This document shows positions 10,695 to 19,695 of a DNA stretch of 64,000 nt, in pieces. Under the pieces are notes generated by a model. The model was not told the origin of the DNA and ran no database searches. It worked only from the letters and a program-made list of their open reading frames with translations. The DNA comes from a bacterium. GTDB lineage: Bacteria; Patescibacteriota; Dojkabacteria; JAKAPS01; JAJZLI01. The number at the start of each line of letters is the position of its first letter. Position 1 is the first letter of the stretch. Where the stretch lies: contig JAJYWX010000007.1 of NCBI GenBank assembly GCA_021791275.1, positions 4,918-68,917 on the forward strand, given 5' to 3'. Made by a program: the position numbers and the translations under genes.

Positions 10695-11143
10695 TATTGT
10701 CTATTTCTTCGCCTATGTTCCTTATCTTTTAAATAATCCTCCATTGCTTTATTATATTCTATAGTTCTTGTTTTGCTTAATAAATATTCTATTTCTTCCA
10801 AATATACTTCTCTTTCCAAATCATCTTCTACAACTTTTCCATCTACAGATAAGGCTAAATTATGAAGAGATATTCTATATACTCCATCTCTAAATTTAAC
10901 TATTAGGACTTTCATATCATCTGGATTACCTTTGTTATAGTATGCTTTTATTGCTATATCTTCACTTTTTTCTCCATCTGCAAATATTAATCTAGATTCT
11001 TTTGATGAATCTAGTCCAGGATCAGTAACGGTTTTTACTCCTAAATCTTCTTCTAATAATTTTCTTGCATAAGAAGATATTTTTTCCAATGTAGATGGAT
11101 TAAGTTTTTCTAGATTTTCTATAGATTCTATATTGTTTGTCAT
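10679..11143 (-). CDS. Hypothetical protein
   Basis: 154 aa acidic ORF. Confidence 0.55.
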   Translation of the reverse strand: MTNNIESIENLEKLNPSTLEKISSYARKLLEEDLGVKTVTDPGLDSSKESRLIFADGEKSEDIAIKAYYNKGNPDDMKVLIVKFRDGVYRISLHNLALSVDGKVVEDDLEREVYLEEIEYLLSKTRTIEYNKAMEDYLKDKEHRRRNRQYQSNI

Positions 11144-11381
11144 AATCTATACATTCTAACATACCTTATAGTAATTGTCGATATTCAAATGGGATTATTT
11201 AGATAATAAATTTTTATTAATTTCTAATTTAGATTGAAATCTATATTGGTTAAAAAAAGATTAAATATATAACAAAATTATTATCTATTCATTAAATGAG
11301 ATTTGATATTTTAATTTGAATCTTTACTATATGTTTATAATTGTATACAATATCATGTAGTAGAATATAAATTTCAAGGGG

Positions 11382-11609
11382 GTGATTTATATGAAATTAG
11401 CAAAATTTATGGCTAGTGCAGCAGGCAGATGGCTTAGGATTATCGTAGGTTTGATATTAATATTAGTAGGTCTATTTGAGATCCATGGTGCAGTAGGTAT
11501 TATTGTAGCAATAATAGGCTTAATTGTTTTATTAGCAGGAGCATTTAACTTCTGTTTAATAGCACCAATATTAGGATGCCCACTTAAGGGTTCAGATTTA
11601 AAAAATTGA
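11382..11609 (+). CDS. DUF2892/YgaP-like membrane protein
   Basis: GRWLRIIVG...GAFNFC pattern, 2 TM; start may be ATG 11391. Confidence 0.8.
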   Translation: MIYMKLAKFMASAAGRWLRIIVGLILILVGLFEIHGAVGIIVAIIGLIVLLAGAFNFCLIAPILGCPLKGSDLKN

Positions 11610-11700
11610 AATTAAGTCTGCTGATATTTATTAAGGAGCAACGTATCAATCTGATAATTTGCTCCTCATTTTTTATAGAATAATCACCCTTCAGGAGAAT

Positions 11701-12087
11701 TCAATCTATTATTTCTTTTACTTTGTCTTGAGTGACAGGATTTACTAATTGGATAAGCTTAACAATGCCATATGCAATTACTAGATATACAAACATGGCA
11801 ATTAAAGTTGACCACTCAAATACAGAGTTATATGTCACCGTTACATGGAATATACTGGAGAATGGTTGAGAAAAAACATTACTGGTAGCGTATATAAAAC
11901 TCACAAAACCACTACCAGGATTTGCAGCTGTGAGTTTTAATATAAATCTCAAGGCTAGTAATATCTCAACTACTTCTAGAATATATCAGACTAATTGGTA
12001 TATCCTAAAAATAACTTTTTTTGTTTTATAGTTGCTTTCAGTGTAAGTAGGGTTTTTAGTTTCTGTATTCTCTGTGTTATTATCCAT
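11701..12087 (-). pseudogene. YggT-family membrane protein with in-frame TGA at 11986-11988
   Basis: ATG 12087 reads ...RIYQLV*YILEVVEILLALRFILKLTAANPGSGFVSFIY...QPF in frame with ORF 11701-11952. Confidence 0.75.
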
Positions 12088-12222
12088 ATGATTATAAATA
12101 TATCATAGTCTTTATCTATATCAATGTCAACTAAATATAGAGTGGCATTTTTTTTGCTGTTTCAAAGCCATATTATGTCAATAAAATATCCCAGAGTTTT
12201 TATATATTTTCGGTATTTGTTG

Positions 12223-12252
12223 CAAATAGCAGAAGAAATTCCCTGCTATTTG
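12223..12252. terminator. Stem-loop CAAATAGCAG-N10-CTGCTATTTG
   Basis: Perfect 10-bp inverted repeat. Confidence 0.45.
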
Positions 12253-12549
12253 TATAATATGGCTTATCCAATTTTGAATATCTAGGTTCAACTGAGGAAG
12301 GTAAAAACAGTAATCTGAAAGAGACTACTCTTAGAATATTATAGGAAAACGGCAAGCTGTTCCTAAAGGAGTTGTTAGATCTACTGACTAAGGCAGGAGG
12401 AACAATTTTGTCGGATACAAGCTATTTTAGAGGTTGGACAAATAAATTAATTCTTCTAAGAAAGAGTAGGGATATACTTGCGATTTACTACTTGTAGAGA
12501 ATGTTAATTTAGAATGGCACCCTGTCGTGGACAAAGTTATAACCAAGAT

Positions 12550-12969
12550 TTAGAAATAAAATTTAAATTTATAATTTTTATTAAGTATGTTAAAATCTGT
12601 TAAATCAAAAGTGAGTATAGTATTTGTATCAAAATATTTTAAAGATGTAATTATTGAACAATCAACAAAGCTTATATTTTTATAATTTATATCTTTAAAA
12701 ATATTCCAAGTTATATTAAAATCTTTTTCTGAAAATTTTAAAAAAGATACATCTTTTTCTGACAAAATATCCTCTCCTATCCTCATTGAGATATCTTTGC
12801 TAATTTTTTGAGATATTATTGTTACGATTTCAATAAATACTAAATTGTTTATACAGAGTACATCTCCATTCATATCTATTCTATTTGATATCTGAATAGC
12901 TTTTTTATGTAACGTATCATTTGGATTAGCTAGAGCTATGAAATAATTAGAATCAGCTATTATATTCAT
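12550..12969 (-). CDS. vapC: VapC PIN-domain toxin
   Basis: IIADSNYFIAL, D..H, E, SFVDC, TFD. Confidence 0.9.
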   Translation of the reverse strand: MNIIADSNYFIALANPNDTLHKKAIQISNRIDMNGDVLCINNLVFIEIVTIISQKISKDISMRIGEDILSEKDVSFLKFSEKDFNITWNIFKDINYKNISFVDCSIITSLKYFDTNTILTFDLTDFNILNKNYKFKFYF

Positions 12970-13208
12970 TTATATAAATATTCATCCGTATTAGATGCAA
13001 GGTCTTTTGGAGCTTTAATATTTTTCTTTTGAGCTTCTTTTACTATAGATAATGCCCATTGTCCAGATTGTTTTGATTTTATATCTTTAAATAATTCTTT
13101 ATTAATTATTTCTCTTATAATTTGAGATACATTCTTATTGTTATTATAAGATAATTCTTTTAACTTATTTAATTGTTTTTTTTCCAGATATATTTGATTT
13201 CTAATCAT
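12966..13208 (-). CDS. RHH/CopG-type antitoxin (VapB-like)
   Basis: MIRNQIYL...VSQIIRE; C-terminal PKDLASNTDEYLY; 4-nt overlap with vapC. Confidence 0.85.
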   Translation of the reverse strand: MIRNQIYLEKKQLNKLKELSYNNNKNVSQIIREIINKELFKDIKSKQSGQWALSIVKEAQKKNIKAPKDLASNTDEYLYK

Positions 13209-13215
13209 AATTTAT

Positions 13216-13244
13216 ATTATATACACCGGGGTGTATATTGTCAA
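13216..13244 (-). promoter_or_regulatory. Sigma70 promoter TTGACA-17-TATAAT with palindromic operator ATATACACC-GG-GGTGTATAT (13219-13238)
   Basis: Consensus -35/-10; -10 lies 7 nt before the antitoxin ATG; perfect 9-bp inverted repeat. Confidence 0.85.
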
Positions 13245-13310
13245 TGGTGTTGTTATAGGTAGTAAATATTTATTATGATAACAATATTATATATCTGATT
13301 CATACAATAT

Positions 13311-13594
13311 TTTTTTATAGAACAATCACTCCACAGGAGGAATTTAATCTGTTGTTACTTTTACCTTTTTTCAAGTGACAGGATTTACTAGTTGGATAAG
13401 CTTAACAATTCCGCATGCAATTACTAAGTATACAAATATGGCAATTAAAGTTGACCACTCCCAGGATTTGCAACTGTGAGTTTTAATATAAATCTCAAGG
13501 CTAGTAATATCTCAACTATTTCTAGAATATATCAGACTAATTGGTATGTCATAAAAATAACTTTTTTGTTTTGTAGTTGCTTTCGGTGTTGGTA
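13311..13594 (-). repeat. Diverged partial duplicate of 11671-12049 (yggT pseudogene) with ~97-bp internal deletion
   Basis: Long near-identical runs, e.g. gtgagttttaatataaatctcaaggctagtaatatctcaac; same TGA in both copies. Confidence 0.9.
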
Positions 13595-13669
13595 AATCTT
13601 AGAAAGTTGTGAGCATAGGGGTTGAAGTTAATATTTGAAAATAATTTTAAGGAGTTGTATAATCGGGTT

Positions 13670-14221
13670 ATGATTTTTTTTGAAAAAGATGTGACACCAG
13701 AACAACGTAAAGAGAAGTGGTTATCCGAGTTGAGTGAGTTTATCGTAGAAGCTAATGGTAAGACTTGGGCGGCTGATGGCGCTAAAGTAGAACCACAAAG
13801 GCCAGGTTATAAGGAACTAGAGTATCATAATGGACTTTGGGTGTTGCGGGATAGCTACACTGGTTACTTTAGAGCACCAGGTATGGTCACTGTTTACTAT
13901 AAAGATACCCCTGCCTGGGCTATGCAGTACGGGGGTCATGGCCAGACTGAGGGGCATGAAGCTCATGCCAAGCAAACCTTTGACTTTTTAAAAAAAGCAC
14001 TTATGCAAGCTAATGCGGGGCTCCCGTTTAGAGGGCCAGAGGAATATGTAGAGGGAGATAAAGTGTATCGCTTTGCTATGGTTTCTGGCGGTATTGAAGA
14101 AGGTTTATGGAGAGAAGAAATCACAGAGAAAGGAGAATTAACATTTACTCAAACTGGTATCGTAGGCATTGTGATTGGTAAAGATTCTGATAGGCGACCA
14201 GTATATCCTTGGGATTTCTGA
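13670..14221 (+). CDS. DUF5680-like protein (visibly higher GC, probably acquired)
   Basis: RDSYTG, WAMQYGG, FLKKAL..PFRGP; ORF track starts at 13622, ATG 13670 preferred. Confidence 0.7.
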   Translation: MIFFEKDVTPEQRKEKWLSELSEFIVEANGKTWAADGAKVEPQRPGYKELEYHNGLWVLRDSYTGYFRAPGMVTVYYKDTPAWAMQYGGHGQTEGHEAHAKQTFDFLKKALMQANAGLPFRGPEEYVEGDKVYRFAMVSGGIEEGLWREEITEKGELTFTQTGIVGIVIGKDSDRRPVYPWDF

Positions 14222-14560
14222 CTCATTCTTTTCAAAGTTATTCTTTAGCTTATTTTTTTCTTGATTATCTTCGTACTATTCAAAACCTACTATATCAGAC
14301 AAGTCTATATTAACATCCATATGTATATTGTCATACATTGCATGAGTTACATACATATGAGAATTTGGATGTAAAAAGTTTAAAAGTGATTGCATTGGTA
14401 TTCTTAATATTTCATCTTCAATCATTGGAATGAATGCATCTCTACACGGATTAAGCATTTTAGTTTGGATAAAAATCAAATTCTCCTAGTATTGGACAAA
14501 GTTAGAACCAAAATTAGTAAGAGTATATATAATAATATTATTATTTGATATAATGAAATT

Positions 14561-14704
14561 ATGAAAAAAAATAGTATTAATAATAAAAAATTAAAAGCTC
14601 TTGCTGAGAAAATACCTGAATCTAGAAGAATTCTTATAGAATATGCAGTGAGAAGAACAATCAAAGAATATGGCAATGCTTTAAAAAAACTTTCCAAAGA
14701 ATAG
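14561..14704 (+). CDS. 47-aa putative antitoxin upstream of Doc (not in ORF track)
   Basis: MKKNSINNKKLKALAEKIPESRRILIEYAVRRTIKEYGNALKKLSKE; TATAAT 6 nt upstream; ends 7 nt before doc. Confidence 0.7.
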   Translation: MKKNSINNKKLKALAEKIPESRRILIEYAVRRTIKEYGNALKKLSKE

Positions 14705-14711
14705 TTGGTTT

Positions 14712-15161
14712 ATGAATAATAAATTTTTAACCCTAGAAGAACTCCAGTATATATATGAGTATACAATAGACAATTATACTTATGATGAACCTTTAGATCC
14801 TTTTAATACCGCTAATTTTAATAAATTAGAAAGTGCTTTATATTCTCCTAAAAGACAATATTTTAATGTTACATTATATCCAACACTAGAAATTCAAGCC
14901 AGTGTATTGTTTTATGAGATTATAAAATTACATCCATTTATTAATGGGAATAAGAGGGTAGCATGTGTTGCTTTATTAACATTTTTAGCAATTAATGAAT
15001 TTTGGATAAATATGAAGTGGGAGGTATTATATGAATTAGCAAAAAATGTTGCTGCATCTGATTCACAAGATAGAAATATGATTCAAGAAGAAATTGCACA
15101 AATAATAAAAAATAATATAAATAGGATAAGTTTGGAAAATTTTATTAGCGGATTGCAATAA
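14712..15161 (+). CDS. doc: Fic/Doc family (death-on-curing) toxin
   Basis: LESAL..P and HPFINGNKR Doc-type motif. Confidence 0.88.
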   Translation: MNNKFLTLEELQYIYEYTIDNYTYDEPLDPFNTANFNKLESALYSPKRQYFNVTLYPTLEIQASVLFYEIIKLHPFINGNKRVACVALLTFLAINEFWINMKWEVLYELAKNVAASDSQDRNMIQEEIAQIIKNNINRISLENFISGLQ

Positions 15162-15183
15162 TTATTATATAGAGATTTTTGAA

Positions 15184-15750
15184 ATGTATCCTGGGATTTT
15201 ATTTTGTTTATTGAGTGTATATATGTTTTTTATTGGATTCTACTGTATAATATTTGATAAGTCATTATTAGATTTACATAAATATTTTAAAGATAATTAT
15301 TATAAAGCTTATAATGCTTTTGTTGCTAAATTAATTTCTGAGTCTCTTGAAATGAGTGAATATATAGTTATATTAGCAGATGATGTAAGTACACCAAAAG
15401 ATGATAATTTTGAGAAAGAAATTAAAAATAAGGCAAAAACAAAAACAAGGAGAAATGCATTATTTGGGATATGTAGAGTTGAATCTCATGCTATTAGTGA
15501 AATACAATTAGTAGATGTACTTCTTGGTATTACAGCATATTCTTTTAAGATTAAATATGGAATAGTTAATCCTAATAAACATAATCCTAAATTCCAATTA
15601 ATGAAATATTTACAAAAACAGCTAAATATAGATAAGCTATCTATTGCAAATGAATATTCTTTAAGATTTGGAAAGAAATTTTCAATTAAAGAATTCAGAG
15701 GAAATATTACAAATAAAACAGGTGGCGATTTGAACCCAACTGCAAACTAG
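15184..15750 (+). pseudogene. DUF3800-family protein, apparently 5'-truncated
   Basis: C-terminal VESH...IQLVDVLLG; the N-terminal DESG motif is absent and replaced by AT-rich sequence. Confidence 0.6.
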
Positions 15751-15773
15751 TGCAAGTTCACGCATTTCCACCT
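15720..15773 (+). ncRNA. Nested stem-loop at the DUF3800 3' end (candidate DUF3800-associated RNA)
   Basis: AGGTGG/CCACCT, TGAAC/GTTCA and TGCA/TGCA nested pairings in a GC-richer patch. Confidence 0.45.
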
Positions 15774-15897
15774 TTATAAGTATATCATATTTTATGAAAT
15801 TATTAAATCTAAGGTACAAGTAATTATTAGATGTTACTTATAAGAAATGAATTTTTGATAAAATTATAAATATATTATATAACATTATTATAAAATT

Positions 15898-15969
15898 CTC
15901 CTCGGCCAGGATTCGAACCTGGAACCTTCTCGTTAACAGCGAGCAGCTCTACCGTTGAGCTACCGAGGA
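15898..15969 (-). tRNA. tRNA-Asn(GTT)
   Basis: TCCTCGG acceptor stem, CTGTTAA loop, GGTTCGAATCC T-arm; CCA not encoded. Confidence 0.95.
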
Positions 15970-16006
15970 ATATTAATAAACAGAGCTTATTATATATATA
16001 TTCTTT

Positions 16007-17256
16007 TCAAATTTCAATAATTGCTGTAGTGCCAATATTTTCCTTACTTTTAATAAATATTTTGCCCCCAAGTATATTGATAAATCTTTTTGACAGGTAC
16101 AGTCCAAGAACAGTTTTTTTTGATTTATCAGAAGAATTTTCAAATTTTTCAAATATATGCCCCATTTTTCTTGCAGGGATACCCCCTGCATGATCTTTAA
16201 TTTTTATATAAATTTTATTCTCTTTAGAATTAGTATGTATATAAATACTCTCACCATCTTTAGAAAATTTTACAGAGTTATCAAGTAAGTTAAATATTGA
16301 ATCAGATAATTTATCTGGATCTGTTGTTATTTTTATATCAAAAGTTCTTGGTTTAAATATTATATTTATATTTTTTTACTTGCCTTTTTAATTATTCTTT
16401 CAACAGTTTTTAAAATTTCATCATTTAAATTAAATTCAACATTATTTATAAATATTCTATTAAGATCCAATCTAGATACATTTAAAAGATTTTCAATCAA
16501 CTTAGTTAAATCATCGGTTATAATTATTAGCTTGTCTATTTCAGATATAATCTCTTCGTTAAGTGTTTTATATGAAGGGTCAAGTGTTATAAGTTGAAGA
16601 TATCCCCTTACTGCAGCTATTGGGGTTCTTAGCTCATGAGATGTTGTTGAGATGAATTCATCTTTATCTTTATTAATTTTATCTATTTTTTCCCTATTCT
16701 CTTTTTCAAATTCATATTTCTGTGTAATTGAGGATGTGAAATTTATTATAGACTTCGCCTCATAACTTATTAGTATAGATATTGTAACTGTTGCAAACTC
16801 CATCATGATAGCAGTAGATGAAAAATCATGCATAATAATTATATATAGTATATTTATTATTACTATAGCGATATTAAATAATATAATGTGTATTCTCTCA
16901 GAGTTTACTACTATATATTCAAACAGTATTATAAAATATATAAGAACTAGAGGACTTTTAACACCTCCAATATAGAAATATATTGGTATAATACTTAAGA
17001 ATATAAAAATTAATTCTAGAGAATTCTTACTTTTTGATACTTTTTTCGTAATAATGTGAAACACCACATAGATTATTATTAAAAGTATCGCACTTATAAT
17101 CGCTTCTAAATCTAGATAAGATACTGTTTTTAATATATTTGATACTAAGTATATTAAAAATATTACACCTATAAATATTATAAGAGTATTTTTTATCATG
17201 TAAGATATATTTATATCTTTTTCTCTTTCTATATCTTTTCTAATTCGATCTTCCAT
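16007..17256 (-). pseudogene. Membrane sensor histidine kinase split by a frameshift at an A7 run (16371-16377)
   Basis: SHELRTP HisKA in ORF 16366-17256; HATPase (NLLDNSVKF, DHAGGIP, LGLYL) continues in the -1 frame to TGA at 16007. Confidence 0.8.
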
Positions 17257-17259
17257 AAA

Positions 17260-18513
17260 TTATTCTTTAAATAATATTTTAAATTTTGATCCTTTATTTA
17301 TTTCACTTTCTACTTTTATTTCAGCATTCATCTTATTAAGATATTCTTTAACCAAATATAGCCCTATTCCTGAACCTTGTTTGGTGTTTCTCTCAACATT
17401 AGATGCTCTATAAAATTTTTCAAATAGATGAGGTATATCATCTTTTGGTATACCAATTCCTTGGTCTTTTATCTCAATAACTTTTAGATTATCTTCATAA
17501 TAAGAGCTTAACTCAATTGTAGTATTTTGATCAGAATATTTTATTGAATTATCAATCAAATTTCTCATAATTTCACCAAGCCTATTTTGATCTGCATTAA
17601 TATAATTTATCGATTTATCTAAGTTTGTTATAATCTTTATATTTCTCTCAGAAGCTTTTGGTTGCATTGTATCTGTAACTTGATTTATAAATGTACTAAG
17701 GTCTATTGGTTTAATATCAAATGGAATGTTCTCTATATTTAAATTTTTTATACTAAGCATATTTTCTGATAATTGTTTTAATATCTCAATGTTTGTTAAT
17801 GTCTTATTGAATGTATTAAGTATATTTTCACTTATCATATTTCTATATTTTTGTATTATTTTTTCAGTCTGATCTTGTGTTAACTGTATAGGTGAAACTA
17901 GCTCCTGAGATGCTATTTCAAAAAATGAATCCTTTTCATTATTAATCTCCTCTCCTTGAACTTTTAGAGAAACTTCATTTTTATATTTATCTGTAAATGT
18001 TCTATAAATTGAAAAATAGTTAATATTTATTATCAAGCTTGATATTATGCATCCAAGATAGATTATGAGATAAAACTTTTCTTGTGTATTTGAAAATGTT
18101 GGATCTAATATCATTGCAAGAGTACCTAGTATTAGAATTATTATATAGAAAGTAGTTTCTCTTAAATTTATTCCAAGCATGATTAGTGAAAATACTATTG
18201 TTGGAAAAACTAGGAAGAATAAAAGTACTATATTTTTAAGTAGTATTAAGATTACAAAAAAGGATATAGTTATAAAAGTTTCTTCAATATATATTTTTCT
18301 ATGTATTGGCTTTATCGAAACTATATGGTGCCATATAAATCCAAATATTATAAATGATAAACCTAATATATCATATCTTATAATATATCCAATACTTTCC
18401 TTGTTATATATATTATATATAGTATATATAACTATAAAACTTAAACTTATGATATAGATTAGTGTCTCTATAAGTTTGTCAATTTTAATATTTTTTTGAT
18501 CCTCTTCATTCAT
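17260..18513 (-). CDS. Membrane histidine-kinase-like protein; phosphoacceptor His replaced (SQELVSP)
   Basis: About 5 TM; NLIDNSIKY, DQGIGIP, GSGIGL. Confidence 0.85.
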   Translation of the reverse strand: MNEEDQKNIKIDKLIETLIYIISLSFIVIYTIYNIYNKESIGYIIRYDILGLSFIIFGFIWHHIVSIKPIHRKIYIEETFITISFFVILILLKNIVLLFFLVFPTIVFSLIMLGINLRETTFYIIILILGTLAMILDPTFSNTQEKFYLIIYLGCIISSLIININYFSIYRTFTDKYKNEVSLKVQGEEINNEKDSFFEIASQELVSPIQLTQDQTEKIIQKYRNMISENILNTFNKTLTNIEILKQLSENMLSIKNLNIENIPFDIKPIDLSTFINQVTDTMQPKASERNIKIITNLDKSINYINADQNRLGEIMRNLIDNSIKYSDQNTTIELSSYYEDNLKVIEIKDQGIGIPKDDIPHLFEKFYRASNVERNTKQGSGIGLYLVKEYLNKMNAEIKVESEINKGSKFKILFKE

Positions 18514-19627
18514 ATTTTTTGAGTATATCTTTAATAATATTTATACTTTTTAATATTTCTTCTTCTTCATTTTCGTGCCCAAATGAAAATCTGACTGAGT
18601 GTTTCACATCAGTATCACTCATTCCTAAGGCTTTTAGCACGTGAGATGGTTCTATAGAAAGAGATGAGCATGCAGATCCTGCAGAAGCAGCGATATTATT
18701 ATTATCAAGCTGAATTAGCATACTTTCTGAGGTTATATTTTTAAAAAGTATATTTGAAAGATGGGGCATTCTGTTATCTGCTTTCGAATTAATATTTACA
18801 TTATCTATTTTTAAAATCTCTTTTTCAAATGAATCTCTTAAATGTTTAACTTTTTTATATCTTTTATCTCGCTCCTCTTTCAATATTTCTGTAGCTTTCC
18901 CAAAACCTATAATTCCGGGAACATTTTCAGTTCCGCCCCTTATTCTATATTCTTGAGATCCTCCAGATATGAGAGGTTTTATAGGTGTTTCTCTTTTTAT
19001 GTATAAAGCACCTACACCTTTAGGGCCATTTATTTTATGTGCTCCAAAGGTCATCAGGTCAACATTTAACTCTGAAACATCCATATTAAGGTATTTCATT
19101 GCTTGCATTGCATCTGTATGAAAAATTATTCCTTTCTCTTTAACTATTTTGGATATTTCTTTAATATTTTGTATTGTTCCTATTTCTGAATTAGCATATA
19201 TTATTGAGACTAAAATTGTTTTATCAGTAATACTTTTCTCTAGATCATCTAATGATATATTCCCAAATTTATCATTTTTAATGTATGTAATCTCTGCACC
19301 CTTTAGAGATTGAACAGTTTTTAAGACGGAGTCATGTTCTATAGATGATATAATTATATGTTGACCTTTATCCTTTAGTGCCTCATAAGTACCTTTTATT
19401 GCAAGGTTATTGCTTTCACTTCCTCCTGATGTAAATACTATCTCTTGTATTTCAGAGTTTATATAATTTGCAATTATTTCTCTTGCATTATCTATTTCTC
19501 TTCTTATATCTTGGCCTGATTTATATATAGAACTTGGATTTCCATACCTATCTTTTAAAAATGGAATCATAGCATCCACTACTCTTTCATCAATTTTTGT
19601 AGTTGCAGAATTATCAAAATACATCAT
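18506..19627 (-). CDS. iscS: Cysteine desulfurase, IscS/NifS type
   Basis: YFDNSATT, GNPSS, AHKINGPKG, SAGSAC. Confidence 0.92.
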   Translation of the reverse strand: MMYFDNSATTKIDERVVDAMIPFLKDRYGNPSSIYKSGQDIRREIDNAREIIANYINSEIQEIVFTSGGSESNNLAIKGTYEALKDKGQHIIISSIEHDSVLKTVQSLKGAEITYIKNDKFGNISLDDLEKSITDKTILVSIIYANSEIGTIQNIKEISKIVKEKGIIFHTDAMQAMKYLNMDVSELNVDLMTFGAHKINGPKGVGALYIKRETPIKPLISGGSQEYRIRGGTENVPGIIGFGKATEILKEERDKRYKKVKHLRDSFEKEILKIDNVNINSKADNRMPHLSNILFKNITSESMLIQLDNNNIAASAGSACSSLSIEPSHVLKALGMSDTDVKHSVRFSFGHENEEEEILKSINIIKDILKKYE

Positions 19628-19695
19628 ATCTTCTTTTATTTTATATCAAAATATTATATTATGTAAGATAAAATATATAATTAGAAAATAAATCT

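Noticed and set aside
11986-11988. TGA recoding (code 4 or 25) suggested by the in-frame TGA in yggT
   Set aside because: TGA ends intact genes here (ferredoxin, sufB, sufD, rrf2, ruvX), and long conserved genes contain no internal TGA.
12260-12500. Decayed ORF fragments
   Set aside because: Multiple stops and no recognisable family.
14476-14697. Minus-strand 73-aa ORF
   Set aside because: Shadow of the plus-strand antitoxin-like ORF 14561-14704.
15973-16191. 72-aa ORF
   Set aside because: Off-frame overlap of the frameshifted HATPase domain.
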